From assembly GCF_018350175.1 (NCBI RefSeq), contig NC_058368.1:105340001-105404000 (forward strand): 64,000 bases of DNA. The letters run 5' to 3'. Under the pieces are notes generated by a model. It was given only the letters and a program-made list of their open reading frames with translations. It was not told where the DNA came from and searched no databases. Made by a program: the position numbers and the translations under genes. The DNA is from Felis catus. Its lineage: Eukaryota. Below are positions 23,344-37,109 of the stretch, piece after piece; position 1 is the first letter of the stretch; each line of letters begins with the position of its first letter.

Positions 23344-26020
23344 TTTTTTAAAGACTCGATTTTTTTCTAGAGCAGTTATTTATAGATTTACAATTCAATT
23401 GATAAGGATGTACAGAGATTTGCTATATACTGCCTGCCCCCACATATGCACAGCCTCTCCCATTATCAACAATTATCAACAGTATCATTCATTAGTACGG
23501 TATTTATTTTTTTAACCAAGGATGAGCCTGCACTGATTTATCATAGTTTACTCTAGGGTCTACTCTTGGTGTTGTAAATTCTATGGGTTTGGACATATAT
23601 ATAAGGACATGCAAACACCACTATATTATCATACAGAGTATTTTTTCCTGCCCTAAAAATCCTAGTGTTCCAATTAGTCATCTCCCTGCCCCTCCCCCTA
23701 CACCAGCAGCCTCTCATCTGACTGTCTCCATAGTTTTCTCTGTACCAGCCTATCATATAGTTGGAATCATACAATATGTAGCCTCTTCAGACTGGCTTCT
23801 TTCATTTAGTAATATGCATTTAACTTTTGTCCGTGTCTTTTTATGGCTTGATAGATCATCTCCTTTTAATGCCAAAGAGGATTCCGTTCTCTGGATACAC
23901 CACAGTTTATTTATACCTTTGCCTACTAAATGACATCTTGGTTGCTTCCAAGTTTCGGCAATTATAAATAAAGCTGCTATAAACAGCCATATGCAGGTTT
24001 TATGTGAACATATGTTTGCAACTTCTTTGGGTAAATTCCAAAGAGCATGATTGTTGGATTGCATGGTCTAAGAGTATGTTTGGTTTTCTAATAAACTGTC
24101 AAACTGTCTTTCACAGTGGTTGTACTATCTTGCATTCCCACCAGCAAAGTGTGAGAGCTCCTGTGTCCCACGTTCTCATCAGCATTTGCTGGTGTGAGTA
24201 TTCTGGATTTTGGCTATTTTAGTAGGTATGTAGTTGTACCTTATTGTTATTTTGATTTTTATTTCCCTAATGATGTATTACATTGAGCATCTTTTCATGT
24301 TTACTTGCCATCTGTTTATCTTCCTCAGTGAGGTGGTCTATTAACGTCTTCAGCCCCTTTTTTAATCGGGTTGTTTATTTTTTGAAAGAAACTAAAGCAG
24401 GCTCCAAGCTCTGAGCTGTCAGCACAGAGCCCAATGCGGGGCTCCAACCCATGGACCATGAGATCATGACCTGAACCAAAGTCAGACACTGAACCAGGTG
24501 AGCCACCCAGGCATCCCACTAAAGCTGTTTCTAAAAAGAGGAGGCTTGAACACAGGGGTGACATACTGGAACGATAAAGAAAACACATTCCCCTGAACTC
24601 CCAAGAACACGGCTTATCTTCTAGTTCTCTTCATATTGTCTTTTGTGGAGCAAAAGTTTTTAATTTTAATTAAGTCCAGCTTATAAAGTATTTCCTTCAT
24701 GGATAGTGTCTTTGGTATTGCATCTAAAACAGCATTACCGTACCCAAGATCATCTAGGTTTTTCCCTATATTATCTTCTGAGAGTTTTACAGTTTTACGT
24801 CTTACATTTAGGTCTATGATCCATTTTGAGGTTTTTTTGTTGTTTTTTTTTTTTTGAAATGTATGATGTCTTTTAGATTCATTTCTTTGCATATGGATAT
24901 CCAGTTGTTCTAGCACCACTTGAAGAGATCATCTTTGCTACGTTATATTGTCTTTACTCCTTTGTCACAGACCAGCTGATTATATTTATAGGGGTCTATT
25001 TATGACCTCTCTATTCTATTCCACTTATGTATTTGTCTATTCTTTCATCAATACCACACTGGTTTGATTACTGTAGCTTTATACTAAATCTTAAGGTCAG
25101 GTACCATGTATTAGACCTCCAGCTTCAAAACTGTGTTGATTGTTCTGGGTCTTTTGCCTCTGCACATAAACTTTGGAATCAGTTTACCCATACCTGTAAA
25201 ATAACTTGCTGGAATTTTGATTAAGATTTCTTTGAATCTATAGATTAAGTTGAAAAGAAGTGACATTTTGACAACATTAAATCTTCCTATCATAAACATG
25301 GAGTATCTCTTCATGAATTTAGTTCTTCTTTGATTTCATACATCATAACTTGTACGTATTTTGTGACATTTATACACAAATATTTCATATTTTGGGGTGC
25401 TAAAATAAATGGTATTGTACTTTTCATTCCAAACGCCACTTTTTTGTTGCTGGTATATAGGATTGGCAATTGACTTTTGCATATTAACCTTATATCCTTC
25501 AACCTTGCCAAAATCACTTATTAGCTCTAGGTTTTTGTTTTGTTGCTTTCTTTTTGGTCAGTTCTTTGGGATTTCCTACATAGACCATCATGTCATCTAC
25601 AAAGGCAATTTTGTGTCATTTTTCCCAGTCTGTATTTTCTTATCTTCTTGCATTAGCTGTAACTTCCAGCACAAATTGAAAAGGAATTGTAAAAGGAGAT
25701 ATACTTGCCTTGTACCTGATCTTAGTGGCAAAGCTTTGAATTTCTTACCAGTAAGTGTGATCTACATTTTTTTGTAGATAGTTTTTGATTGAGAGACCTC
25801 TATTTCTCGTTTATTGAGAGATTTCTATCATGATGGGTGTTGGATTCGTCTAATTTTTCTGCATCTATTAATACAATCATGTGAGGTTTTTTTTAGTTTG
25901 TTGATGTGATGGATTACATTAATTGAGTTTTGAATGGTGAACCAGACTTGCATACCTGAGATAAGTACCATTGGGTCATGGTGTAAAATGATTTTTGTCC
26001 TTTTCTGGATTCACTTGACT
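23344..26020 (-). mobile_element. LINE-1 fossil (L1MC1-like 3' end plus 3' part of ORF2)
   Basis: Minus-strand ORFs give ORF2 peptides (FIAALFIIAETWKQPRC; SKWIIDLNV...KLDLIKIKNFC; GRFNVVKMSLLFNLIYRF); 3' UTR resembles L1MC1. Confidence 0.9.
24375..24517 (-). mobile_element. Internally deleted CanSINE within L1
   Basis: gcaggctccaagctctgagctgtcagcacagagccc...gagccacccaggcatccc; GA-rich body missing. Confidence 0.9.
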
Positions 26021-26549
26021 GCATTTTTATATAATTATTAGACCTACATATAAAAGATTATAGAGAAACTTGGAGCTCATAGAACTGCAGCAAAATTTCT
26101 CTATTGTATTTCCAAAAATATATTTTTGATTCCCTTCTTGAAATAGAGAATGTCCACAATGCCATAATAAAGTCTGAGTCGGCCATACCTACATAAAATT
26201 TCCCATAAAAAAAGAAATAGGGCTTCAAGACGTATGGTTGCCCATAATCAAACTAACTCTAACATCATTTAACACATTTGCTCTTAGGAACTTTGTATAC
26301 TTCTTCTGCTCTTGAACTTCTCTTTCCTCAGGATACAGTCAGACTTTTTGTCTGCCATTTTATTGGTTTTTTTTTTCAACAGTTGATATTCCTCATCATT
26401 TTGCTCTATACTACTTTGTCTACCTGTTTAAGTGCTCACATCTACACTAACCCCCTTCTTTCTCCTTATCTGAAAAGAGGTATTATGTATGGTCTGGCCA
26501 GTGAACCCATGGGTCACCTTTTAAATTACTGCCCTTAATTTCTGATGGA

Positions 26550-27040
26550 CAGTCCTTTCCCTCATCTCTTTCAGACTTACGGTTGCAATACCTCATCTTC
26601 AAGTTCCTAGTCCAACTATGCTTTTTTCTGTCTCTACAAAGGCTTATCCTATACTTTACTGACTACAGAGCCATTTGACAGGATATCCTACAAATTCCCT
26701 TTTCTCTTTCAATGTATTTCTGTATTTTCACTTTTCCCTTCTCTACCTCTTTCTCTGGTAAAGTGCCAGGTATCTTTCCTAAATAAACCCCATCTCTATC
26801 TCCTGGATTATCTCTTCCCACTTCATCCACGTGGCTCCATCAGTCATTCACCTCTCATGAATCTCTCTCAAGAGTCTTTCCCATCACTCTCTTTTTGTTC
26901 TCTGTCTACAACCGTGTATAGGTCTTTCCATTCTCTTTTTTAAAAAAATATTTTCTAACCCCATGTGATAAGAAAACATTAAAAATTTTAACTCCTAATT
27001 GCTCTATACTCCCTGGCCTTTCCTCATTTTAATTAGCAAA
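26550..27040 (+). mobile_element. Probable L2 internal remnant
   Basis: Pyrimidine-rich degenerate L2-like sequence. Confidence 0.4.
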
Positions 27041-27194
27041 GGCATCTTATGTTTATTTTCTTCAGAGGACAGATGCTACAACAATCTTCAAAAAAGAAAA
27101 ATTGAATTCTTAGCTTCTCTATTTCAAAAACCTAAATTAATTGAGGATGAAACATAGAAATAAATAGCACATAGCAACAGATTTGGGAGAACAC

Positions 27195-27965
27195 CAATGA
27201 GAAAAAGCCACATACTGGGAAAAAATATTCACATAAGTATTTCCAACTTAGGACTTAAATCATGGTATGTAAGTGTTCATAAAAACAGCCATAAAAAGAT
27301 TGACATACAAATTCTTGGTAAAGATGTGGAGCAACTAGAATTTTCATACAGTGCTGATGGTAATGTGAAATAACTATTTTGAAAAACCGTTTGGCAGGTT
27401 CTTATAAAGTTAAACAGAAACCTATTCTATGACCCGGGAGTCCCATTTTACATCTTTACCCAAGAAAAATTAAAATAAAACAAAAATAAAGTCCACAAAG
27501 AGACTTATATGATAGGAAGCATTACTGTAATAACTAAAGACAACACCAATGTCCATCAATAATTGGATGGATAAACAAACTGTGGTATATCCAAATAATG
27601 GAAAGTTACTCAGAAGAAAGGAATATTGATATACTGAATGATATGCATGAATCTCAAAAACTTAGTATATAAAGGAAAAAAACAGAAACCAAAAAAGTAT
27701 ATACTATCTTGATTTTATTTACATCAAGTTGAAGGACAGATAAATCTAATCCATGGTGAGAGAATTTGGAGCAGAGGTAGTTTCTGGGATTGGGAAAAGG
27801 TAGAGGATTGACTAGATTGAGGAAAGAAACTTTCTGGGTTGATGGAAATGTTTTCTATCTTAACAGAGGTAGGCATTGCATAACCATATGCATTTATCAA
27901 AATTCAAAATGACAACTTAAAATGTATCCATTTTGTTGTATGTAAATTGTATCTCTAAAAAAAAC
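27195..27965 (+). mobile_element. LINE-1 3' end (L1ME-like)
   Basis: gatgtggagcaactagaa...aatgtccatcaata...ggataaacaaactgtggtatatcc...actttctgggttgatggaaatgtt...tgtatgtaaattgtatctc followed by an A run. Confidence 0.85.
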
Positions 27966-30419
27966 TTTAAAAATGAAACTAACTCAAAAGGAGAAAAAAA
28001 GTAAAAATACATACATGTATATGCCATACATACATTCCCCTAAAATTGTATCTGGATTTTACTTGGGGTGTATCTTACCATAATCAGTGATTCGCACCCT
28101 TTTTGTAGATATTTTACAAAGCTTGATAAATCATTGATTTCAAGGTATATTCTCACAAGCCAAACTGTTCCATCCTCCAAGTAATATTCATTGAATTTGG
28201 CAGAATGGCATTGCTTTGTCTGAAAGTCTTGATATCCAAGTCAAGGAATGAGCTTTTTTTAATTTGAAGTCAGTGAGATGCTTTAAGAAACAATGCACTG
28301 GAGGCAACACGTCAATGTTAGCCATTTCTGCCTGCTCACCACTCTATTACTAATGCCCAGCACAGAGCACCATGTGCTGGCAGACATTTAGCATGTGTGA
28401 AATAAATGAACAAGTCAGGTTGGGTAGAAAAAAGAAGTGAACAAGGTTACTGGGAAAGAGAAAAGAGTATAATCCCCAAAGACAGTTACTCAGCCAATAA
28501 AAGAATAAATAGACGTGCAGTTGTATTATGGAGACTATATTATGGATTTGGCAACATAATTAGGATTTTGCCTAAATATGTCATAGAAGGAGATGAGGGC
28601 TTGCTGATAGGAGAATGCCAAATGCTTTGGTTTAACTATGCATGAATAATTTAAAGTTCGTTTTAGGTACCTGGGACTAAGACATGAATAGAGATCTTTC
28701 AAATTCTTATTAAACTTGATAATTATATTATGAAGGCACAGAGTTGATAATTTACTCAGCTGCTGTCTTCACAGAAAACATGTTCAGCCCCATCTAAGTT
28801 ACACTTCTATCTTCTCTAAGGCTATCAGAGTACCAACTGACGACAAACTTACTTTACCTTGCTTGGGATCTACCAAGATCTCCAGTGTTCGGATGCAGAG
28901 GCCCTCCTTTTGCTACACCCCAATCCGTATTAAGTTATCTCAAAAAGGATTCCAATGGAAAAAAAAAAGTTTTCAGAGAAGTATTCTTTTAAATTACCTC
29001 TAAAAAAAAAAAAAAACTCTTGCATTTAACCCTTTGGGAGAGGTGAAAAGGGCTATCACTAAAACTATCAAGCTTGGAAAGTTTAGCAAGAATGTATTAG
29101 GGAAAAAGAGAAGAATGGAAATTTAAACAGCTGGAAAAGGGGCAGAGATAAGGAAAGAATAAAAGAAGATGGCAGCCAAAAGGACAGCACAGAAAGTAGC
29201 CATGGAAATGAGACACAAACACAGCAGACATTCCCCCCCCCCACCTCATACTGCTACGTGATGTCATCCTGTGGGAGATAGGAGACAAATGGGACTTTGT
29301 GTTTACTTTCCTTTTCCCATTCCTAAATCCCATTCCTAAATCTGGCTTTAATACCCGTCATCTCAAGGGGAAAACATTCCACTACAGGCCTTCTTTCAGC
29401 TGTTGGATTCGCCAAGCCAGTTTAAGAGATCCAGCAACGGTGCTGAGTCTTTGGGTGACGACAGTGGAGGGAACAGGAAAAGAGGGGAGAGCTTGTTTCC
29501 CAGTCTGGGGAAGTGTGCTTCAGTTCTGGCTGAGTGTCCTCTTGGGGATGTAACATTCTCTTCTGGATTTGGACTGCAACACGCTGCAAACTCAGAGCAC
29601 CGCCCTCGTGAGCCAGAGCAGCAGCTCATAAGCAGGTCTTTCAGGGCCCCTGTCTACGCTTCCACATGCATCCTTTTTCTTTTCTTCCCAACTAAGGTCT
29701 TCAAAATCACTTCCCAAATCAGCTCCCACTGCAGGGCTCAGCTCAGGTGACAGGCTCAGGACTAGGCAACACAGGTGACCCCACTTTCAAAGAACTCCCC
29801 ACTTAACTCTTTTCCCCACAATCCTCTCCTTTCCTCTTCAGTCCTAGACAGGCTCACATGTTGTTTTCAAAGAAAAGGGTCAAAGGCCTTTCCATTAAAT
29901 TGAGGAAGCACTTTTTTTTTTTTTTTGGTAAGGTATATTTTCAGGTAAGTATTTTTAGCTCCATAAATACAGTTTTTAAAATCCAGGTCCTTAAAATGCA
30001 AATCCTTTGTAATGTTTAATTATAATCCCCCCTCTTAATAAAAATTCTGAAAAGGCTGCCTTCCTTAACCTCAAAACAGCGAGGGCCTTCGTACATCACC
30101 TACAAAGTTTCATAACCTATTTAATTAGGCTCTAATCCAGCATCCACAACCCCTCAGTCAGCTTGGCCTTTTTTCCATCTACACGAATGCCAGCATTATC
30201 TCAGAATATTTTACACACAGGCTGAAATATCTGCAAAGGAACATTCATACCTGCAGGAGAACAGTCAGTACAAATTGAGTACATTTGCTCCTCTATAAGC
30301 TAAGGCCCTTGTCCTTGTTCAGGCTTTGCCCTCCATATTCTCCTTGAAAAGAAGAGAGCGGACAATTTTCTTGCCTACTCACAAAACTGGGTGACACCGT
30401 CTCACACTGCATAGAAGAA

Positions 30420-30600
30420 AGAAGTAAACTATTACTGGCTGCTTGCTGTGTGCAGGACATTGGTGCTAGATACTGTGTCTACATTTTTTTCCTTTTATTC
30501 CTCACAATACCTATATGAAGTAAATATACTTATTTCTGTTTTACAGGTGATGGGACAGTAACATTGAGATGTTGAGTTCTATCTCATTCTACCACACTAT
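30420..30600 (-). mobile_element. MIR fragment
   Basis: attcctcacaatacctatatgaagtaaatatacttatttctgttttacaggtga MIR core. Confidence 0.6.
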
Positions 30601-30799
30601 GTGCTGTTATCTCTTCAGGTCACCTAGCTATATTAAACCCAAACAAGTAGCAATGACAGCCCTAAGGACCTAAATCTTCTTGCTTTGGCTGGTGACTTCA
30701 AAAAGCCTATGTCAGTGTGAAGGTAGCCACATTTTCTTCTTCTGAACGGAACAAGGTCACATGACAGCCATACTGCCTGAAACCATGTGCTGAGGCTGC

Positions 30800-31170
30800 A
30801 AAAAATACAGGTGTTGGGTCAGACAGGTGCATCTGGGTCCTAGTTAGCTATGCAACCTTGGGGCAGTTTGTGCATTCATTTGTTCCTCTACATGTTCTGC
30901 AATATTTATTGAACATCTACTATGAGCCAGGCATTCTTCTAGATGTTGAAAGAGTACAGCGGGGAACAAAACAAGTCAGGCTCTCACAGAGCTTAGCATA
31001 CTCAAGGAATTTAAAACACGCCTCTATTTTCTCCTTGTGTGAAATAAATGGGAGTAATGTCACCTCCCTCATGAGGTTCTGTGAAAGATTATGTAATATA
31101 TATACACAGTATTTGCTATAATAACAGGCACACAGTAAGCACTCAATTGATGTCAGTCATTCTTGTTATT
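30800..31170 (+). mobile_element. MIR interrupted by an antisense L2 3' tail
   Basis: tagctatgcaaccttgggcag...[aatatttattgaacatctactatgagccaggc]...gtgaaataaatggg...ggcacacagtaagcactcaa. Confidence 0.6.
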
Positions 31171-32068
31171 TTAAAATGGAAATTCTTATCTCTGGCACAA
31201 ATTGAACCAAAATCAACACAGGTGATAACAGAGTGGGACTTCCAGTAGATAGAGATGGGTAGGGGGTAGAGAACAATTGTCCCCTGAAGTATCAGGGGTA
31301 ATTTCGTATCACATTTAGTGGAGGCTGGAGGGCTCTAATGTGAGCTGCTTGACTATCACTCATTTGAACACTAATGGAAACGTCAGGCTGAATGGAGAGT
31401 CTCGTTTCTCTGCAAATTTCAGCATACAAAGTGGACCTGGGATTTATTTTTACCTAGTACAAAAAATTGAAGTCTCCTTAGAGAAAGCAAAGTGCAGGTG
31501 TTACAGTAATTATTTTAAATAATGCAAGCATTAAGAGGGAGAGCTTTTCTATAATACCTTTTGAAATGAGACTTTTTTTTCTCTTTTTTTCAGAAAGCCG
31601 GAGCTGTACCTAATCTCCTTTATAAGCTTCAGGAGCTAAAAGGAATGCTTAGAACAATGATTTCATTGGTTAACACTTTCCTAGCCATTCGAAGGATTTT
31701 CTAGTCAAGACAGCACAAGGAGAGTTGTAGAAGTCAATCCAAATTTCAGATAAGCAACTTCTTGAAGTTGGGGCACTAGCAAGAAATGAGCCATGGCAAC
31801 AAAAAACTTACTAATCTTCCCCCGTCCCCAGTAATAGGATGTATCATTCTGAAAGCCTAAGCAGGGATTCCAATCTGTCCCTGTGATTACAGACCTTGGA
31901 ATTAAAACTCCCTGTGTTTTGTTCAGTTAATTTCTGAAAATATTTTGATGTTCTTGAACAAAAGAAAAAATTAAACCCTTTCATTTCACCTGTATCTGAA
32001 GCAAATATTGATTGAACGATCTATCTTTGGTTCAGGGTTAGCAAGTTTGTTGGTAGTCATGTTGGGTC

Positions 32069-32273
32069 TTTTTTTTTTTTTTTTTTTTTTTTTTATTTAT
32101 TGTTGAGAGAGAATGAATGCAAGCAGGGGAGGAACGGAGGGAGAGGGTGGCAGAGGATCTGAAGCAGGCTCCGTGTTGACAGCAGAGAGCCCGATGTGGG
32201 ACTTGAATGCATGAACCCTGAGATCGTGACCCGATCCAAAGGTGCACACCCAACTGAGCCACCCAGGGGCCCC
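32069..32273 (-). mobile_element. CanSINE with long poly-T
   Basis: Long T run, body, ...caactgagccacccaggggcccc. Confidence 0.93.
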
Positions 32274-34189
32274 ACAAGTTAGGGTTTTTGATGCAAGTTT
32301 CAGTTTGGTTTAAATTCCTGCCCAAAAGTCTAAAAAGAATCAAAAACTAAGTGGCATCTTATTATAAATGAGGAAGCGCATACATAAATTCTTCAGAAGA
32401 CATTTCCTACCAAATATTCCTAATAATAAACATCCTGGTTATAACTTAATAGTTATATGGTCTTTCCATTCACACAAATCCTCTTTCTTCTCACACAAAG
32501 TAGTACAAGTGAGATTTTTTACTAAGTTCTCCGAAGTCCCCAGGACAGAGCCAACAGCTTTATGTCGTTTTCTGCTGCCTGTGGTCCACACCTTCCAGAG
32601 GTAGAAAGTATCTGCCAGAGACTTGGGGAGGCCTGCAGATCTCCCGCATAAGAGGGGCTTGCAAGGATTATTTTAACTGACTCTGCATCTCTTATGACAG
32701 TTTGACAGTTACTAATTTCTTTACTAGAAAGGAATGCTCTATTGATTTGCAACCTGTCAGTTTCCCCAGTTACAGGGCAGTGTTCTTGAGAGTCAGCCGG
32801 CTTCTTAGCTAACTCCTACAAACGCTAACTCCATGTCATTGGCACCTTAATCTGGGAGCCAGCTGGTCTGCTCCTTTGGTTGGGGGGAGGGTCAAAAAAT
32901 CACCAGATGGTTTTATATGGATGTGTGTGACAGCACTACTTAGCTTCTCTGCCAGCGTTCCCCAAAAATATCCCAGCAACTTTAACAACACGTAAGAGGA
33001 AAGGGAAAGTATTGAACATGAAATCCTAGGAGGTCGGCTTAATTTAAGCCATGACTCTGCCCATAAACGGAAACTGAATACACAATAGAAATCAAACACA
33101 AAGAACGGTTATTTACTCAGGAAAAGTACACTCACATATTTGCTGAGACTGAAAAATAAAGATGTGATTTTTTTTTTCCTACTAAGAAGGTGTCACAGGT
33201 TTTTCAGGGTGACCTTTAGAGGTCAGTATCACAGAGGGCAGCTACAAGGCTAAGCCTCAAAAAAGACTCAGAATCTACTGACACAGAGTACACTCTTCCT
33301 AAGTCACAGATGACAGAAGGGCTGATCCCAGCTTTGATGCCGGGCAATCTAGCTCCAGAGCCAACCCTGCCTATCAATGAGGCTTTGTGGTTATCCCAAG
33401 ACCGGAGTTTGAATTATTACTGCGATATTAGATGGGTCACTTGGCCTTTCATGGGGTGAAAAGAGACAATGTGGGAGAATCTGTGTGTCAGGTGTCCCAG
33501 TAAGCCCAGGTCAGGATTCAGGGTCTGATTGTGCTCAGGAACTGGCAAGTCTGGTGATTCTCAAGTCTATATCATGAATTGATTTGCATACAAGTAAGAG
33601 GGAGTTATGAATACGAGGATGTAGGTAAACAAGGAAGGAAAAGGAAAATAGGATTATGGAGAGGAAATTATGTCTAGTCTTAGGCCTTAAGCCTATGGTC
33701 TGAGAGGCTGAAGCTGAGAGACTGTTTTTTTCTCAACTTTATGAGGCCTGACATCGATGCATGAGCACAGGTACAAACACCCAAGAAATTCAAGAAATAT
33801 CCAGAGTAAAGCGAGAAAGAGGAAGGAGACCATCAGAACACTCAACACTAGTGTTTGTAAAGGACCTGATCCAGTGAAGTTGGAAAAGAGATGTTGACAT
33901 GACTTGGCCCCCCCAAATGAAAGACGCCATTTAATCCTCACAGTAGGACAAGGAGGGAAACATTACCCCTGTTTACCACATTTCTGAGCTTCTAAGAGTT
34001 TAGGCAGATAGCTGAAGTTCAAGCTACTGTGTGTACAATATGATCTGAACCAAGGTCTTGCTAAAAAGCAAATGTCCTTTCCAGTATGTGACACCACCTA
34101 TAAGCCTTAAATCCTTTTCATTTGCCTATTCACAGCTGGAAAATTTCTAAAATGAACCAGCAACTAGCAAGGATGCTCCATTCATTTTC

Positions 34190-34425
34190 CCTTTTAATTT
34201 TTTAAAAGTATTTGTTTAAAGTACTTATTTATTTATTCATTTGAGAGAGGGAGAGAGAACTTGAATAGGGGAGGGACAGAGAGATAGGGAGGGAGAGAAT
34301 CCCAAGCAGCCTCTGTGCTGTTATTGTGGAGCTGGATATGGGGCTCAATCTCAGGAACTGTGACATCAAGACCTGAGTCAGAATCAAGAGTGGGATGCAT
34401 AAATGACTGAGCCACCCAGGTGCCC
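34190..34425 (-). mobile_element. CanSINE
   Basis: TSD TGCTCCATTC at 34174-34183 and 34426-34435. Confidence 0.93.
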
Positions 34426-35139
34426 TGCTCCATTCGTTTTAGGTATAGCACGGTTAATAGCATCAAAAAGAGGGTTACTAACATGGGGGCCTGAAAACAA
34501 CCTAGGCATTAAAATCAGCAAGTTCAAGTCTTTGTACTTTTTGTAAACACTGTCCTTTCTTAGATTCACAAGAAAACGGAGTCCAACCAAGTGGGAGATC
34601 CCTCTCTCACTTTTTCTAAAAGTCAAACGCTTTCTTTATGAACCTCTGATCGCCTCGGGAGCATGGCTCCGTCAGTCTGGCACTTCTGTCAGACATTCAA
34701 ACCATTCTGGCTGGCCTTGATTGGCCATGGAGTAACAACGGTAAGCAGCTCACCTGATAAGTGGTTTTGACCGTTTTTTAATGCGGTGACCTTAGTTTGT
34801 AAAGAAAAACCTCATCACGGGTGCCAGTCTCTCTAGCAGTTTTGGTTTTAGCTCAGCTCATGTCTGAGATGTCTGGATTTCTTCAATCCTCACACAAATC
34901 TTAACTTTCTCGGAAGAAATGTCTGTGTTTCACTGATACCCTGAAGAGTTCTTTTCACGTTTTGGAGACACAGCATTCAGTTGCGTGGGACCAAAGTCTC
35001 CCGTCCCATATTGTTAGGCCAGCTGTGCCCAGGGAAATCAGTAAGCCTGTTTGAGCTTAGAAAAAATATCTATATAATTGACTCAAAGTTAGTCTTTATG
35101 TTTACGCATCTCTTCATGTTTATGGAGAGCACTTCACAC

Positions 35140-35330
35140 TGTCACATCCATTTTTACAGAGTGCTTTGACATCATTTTATCACTTGATTCTCACCAGTTC
35201 TCTGTGCTTTTGGAAAGGCGGGTAACACTGTCCCTAGTTTACAGATAAGAATGCTGGACTCCAAGAAAGTTTAATTGATATGATGAAGGTTTTAAGGCTA
35301 GTAAGTGAAAAAGGTATTATAACTTCTTAT
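35140..35330 (-). mobile_element. MIR fragment
   Basis: ttgattctcacca...ttttacagataagaatgctgga...ggctagtaagtg. Confidence 0.55.
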
Positions 35331-35350
35331 TCTATGCACGGATTCAGAAG

Positions 35351-35873
35351 TGTTTTGTTTACTTATTGCTGTATAACAAACAACCCCAAACTTAGTGCTC
35401 ACAGATTCAGAGCATCAGGAATATGGACAGGGCACAGCAGGGGATGACCTGTCTTTGCTCCTTAATGTCTGGGGCCCTAACTAGAAAGAATGGCTGGAGT
35501 GACTAAAATCACTGGGGTTGGAATTCTCTAGAAGCTTCTTCACGCTAGCAGCATAACTACAACACTCACCTGAGACTGTAAATGAGAATATCTATACACC
35601 ATGGCCTCTCCATGTGGTTTGGCTTCCTCACAGCATACCATCTATGCATTGATGAGCATCCCAAAAGGGAATATCCAGAAGAAGGGTGTGTCAAAGAGTT
35701 AGGCAGAAGCTGAATGCTTCAGATGGTACACAGCGTTTTTTGTTAGTTCCAACTGAGTCATTAAGCCTAGATTCAATAGAATGGGACTCTTAGAGTGGTA
35801 AGGTCACATTCTTAAGAGTACACAGAATGGGAGATGCTATTGTAGCCATCTGTGAAAACTAACGTCTTCCACA
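35351..35873 (-). mobile_element. MLT1G-like MaLR solo LTR
   Basis: tgt...tattgctgtataacaaacaaccccaaacttagtg start and atgggagatgctattgtagccatctgtgaaaa...ccaca end. Confidence 0.75.
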
Positions 35874-36434
35874 GTCACCACAAATATATTCTCTACACAA
35901 ATAACATGAGATGAAAGACATATCTGAAGTGGGGCTCTAAATAATTATGAAACAAATAAGCAAATATTAAGAGTTTTCCTACATATCAACTATAATAGGT
36001 AAAAACATTAAGAGGAAAAAATATGGCAAATTTAGATCAGTTAAAATAAAAGTTATTAATTATACAGTATTCATATAAGGATAACGTTAAATATTCTGAA
36101 ATGTGCTTGATAGCTAAAATAAAAGGGAGCTATATAATGTTGTGGTTCTTCATAGTGTCATTTCTGAGCAAATTCAATACATCATGTTTCTTAATATTTT
36201 TTCTCCCAAAAATCTAACTTAATTCCAACTAAAAAAGGCTCAACATAGTTATATGAATTCAATAATATTAATGTAAAGTTCATAATGAAGAATGTAAGTG
36301 TTAGAATAGACAATAGCCTTATTAAATGAAGACTAAAGGAATTAAAAGCATACCAGATATAAAAAATGTTATGAAGTTTCAGTAATTTAAATAAAATAAC
36401 TTCTCATAGTTAATTAGATAAGTATATACTTAAC

Positions 36435-36529
36435 ACAGTTGCAGGTTACATCTCTTGTACCAGTGTAATTATAATTTATTTTACTCTCAAAGTGTCCCGG
36501 TTTGAATGATGAATGATCTGTCCATCCTA
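36435..36529 (-). mobile_element. MER94-like hAT-Blackjack MITE
   Basis: gtaattat...actctcaaagtgtcccggtttgaatgat...ccta. Confidence 0.65.
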
Positions 36530-36627
36530 CAATGAATCATATATACTTGGTTCTACTCCTTCCCCAAACCCCACTTAAATTGCAGTAAATACATTTTTTA
36601 AATATTAGTCACATGGTCCAAGAGAAG

Positions 36628-36800
36628 AGATGGATGAATAAATGAATGGATGGATGGAGAGATGGAGGGGTAGAGGGAATGAGGGATAGGTGGACAGATG
36701 GAGGGTGGATGGATAGATGGAGTGACGGATGAGTGGATAAGTACACAGAGAGGTGAACAGATAGATAAATAGATGAATGGACAGGTAGTTGAATGGACTT
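36628..36800. repeat. Degenerate (GGAT/GAAT/GATA)n simple repeat
   Basis: Directly visible. Confidence 0.8.
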
Positions 36801-37109
36801 ATAGGTAACGAGTGGTATTAAGCATGGGTTTCATTCGAAATGTAATGTGAAGCAGTTGAAGAATTTCAAGAAAAGGAGTAATATCAGACACACATTTTCA
36901 AATGGAACAGGTGTGGAGAATGAGCTGCAGAGAGGCAAGAGTGAAAGCTGGCTGCTCAGGACTACTTCCCTGGTTTGGAAAGAGGGGAGAGTGTCTTAGG
37001 CAAGAATGGGAAAAAGAAAAAAGAAGAGAAGGTTTGGATTTGGGAGAAGAATCCATGGAAAGAAGATCAATGGATGTGGCTGTATGAGAATGTCAATCTT
37101 GTATATCAA

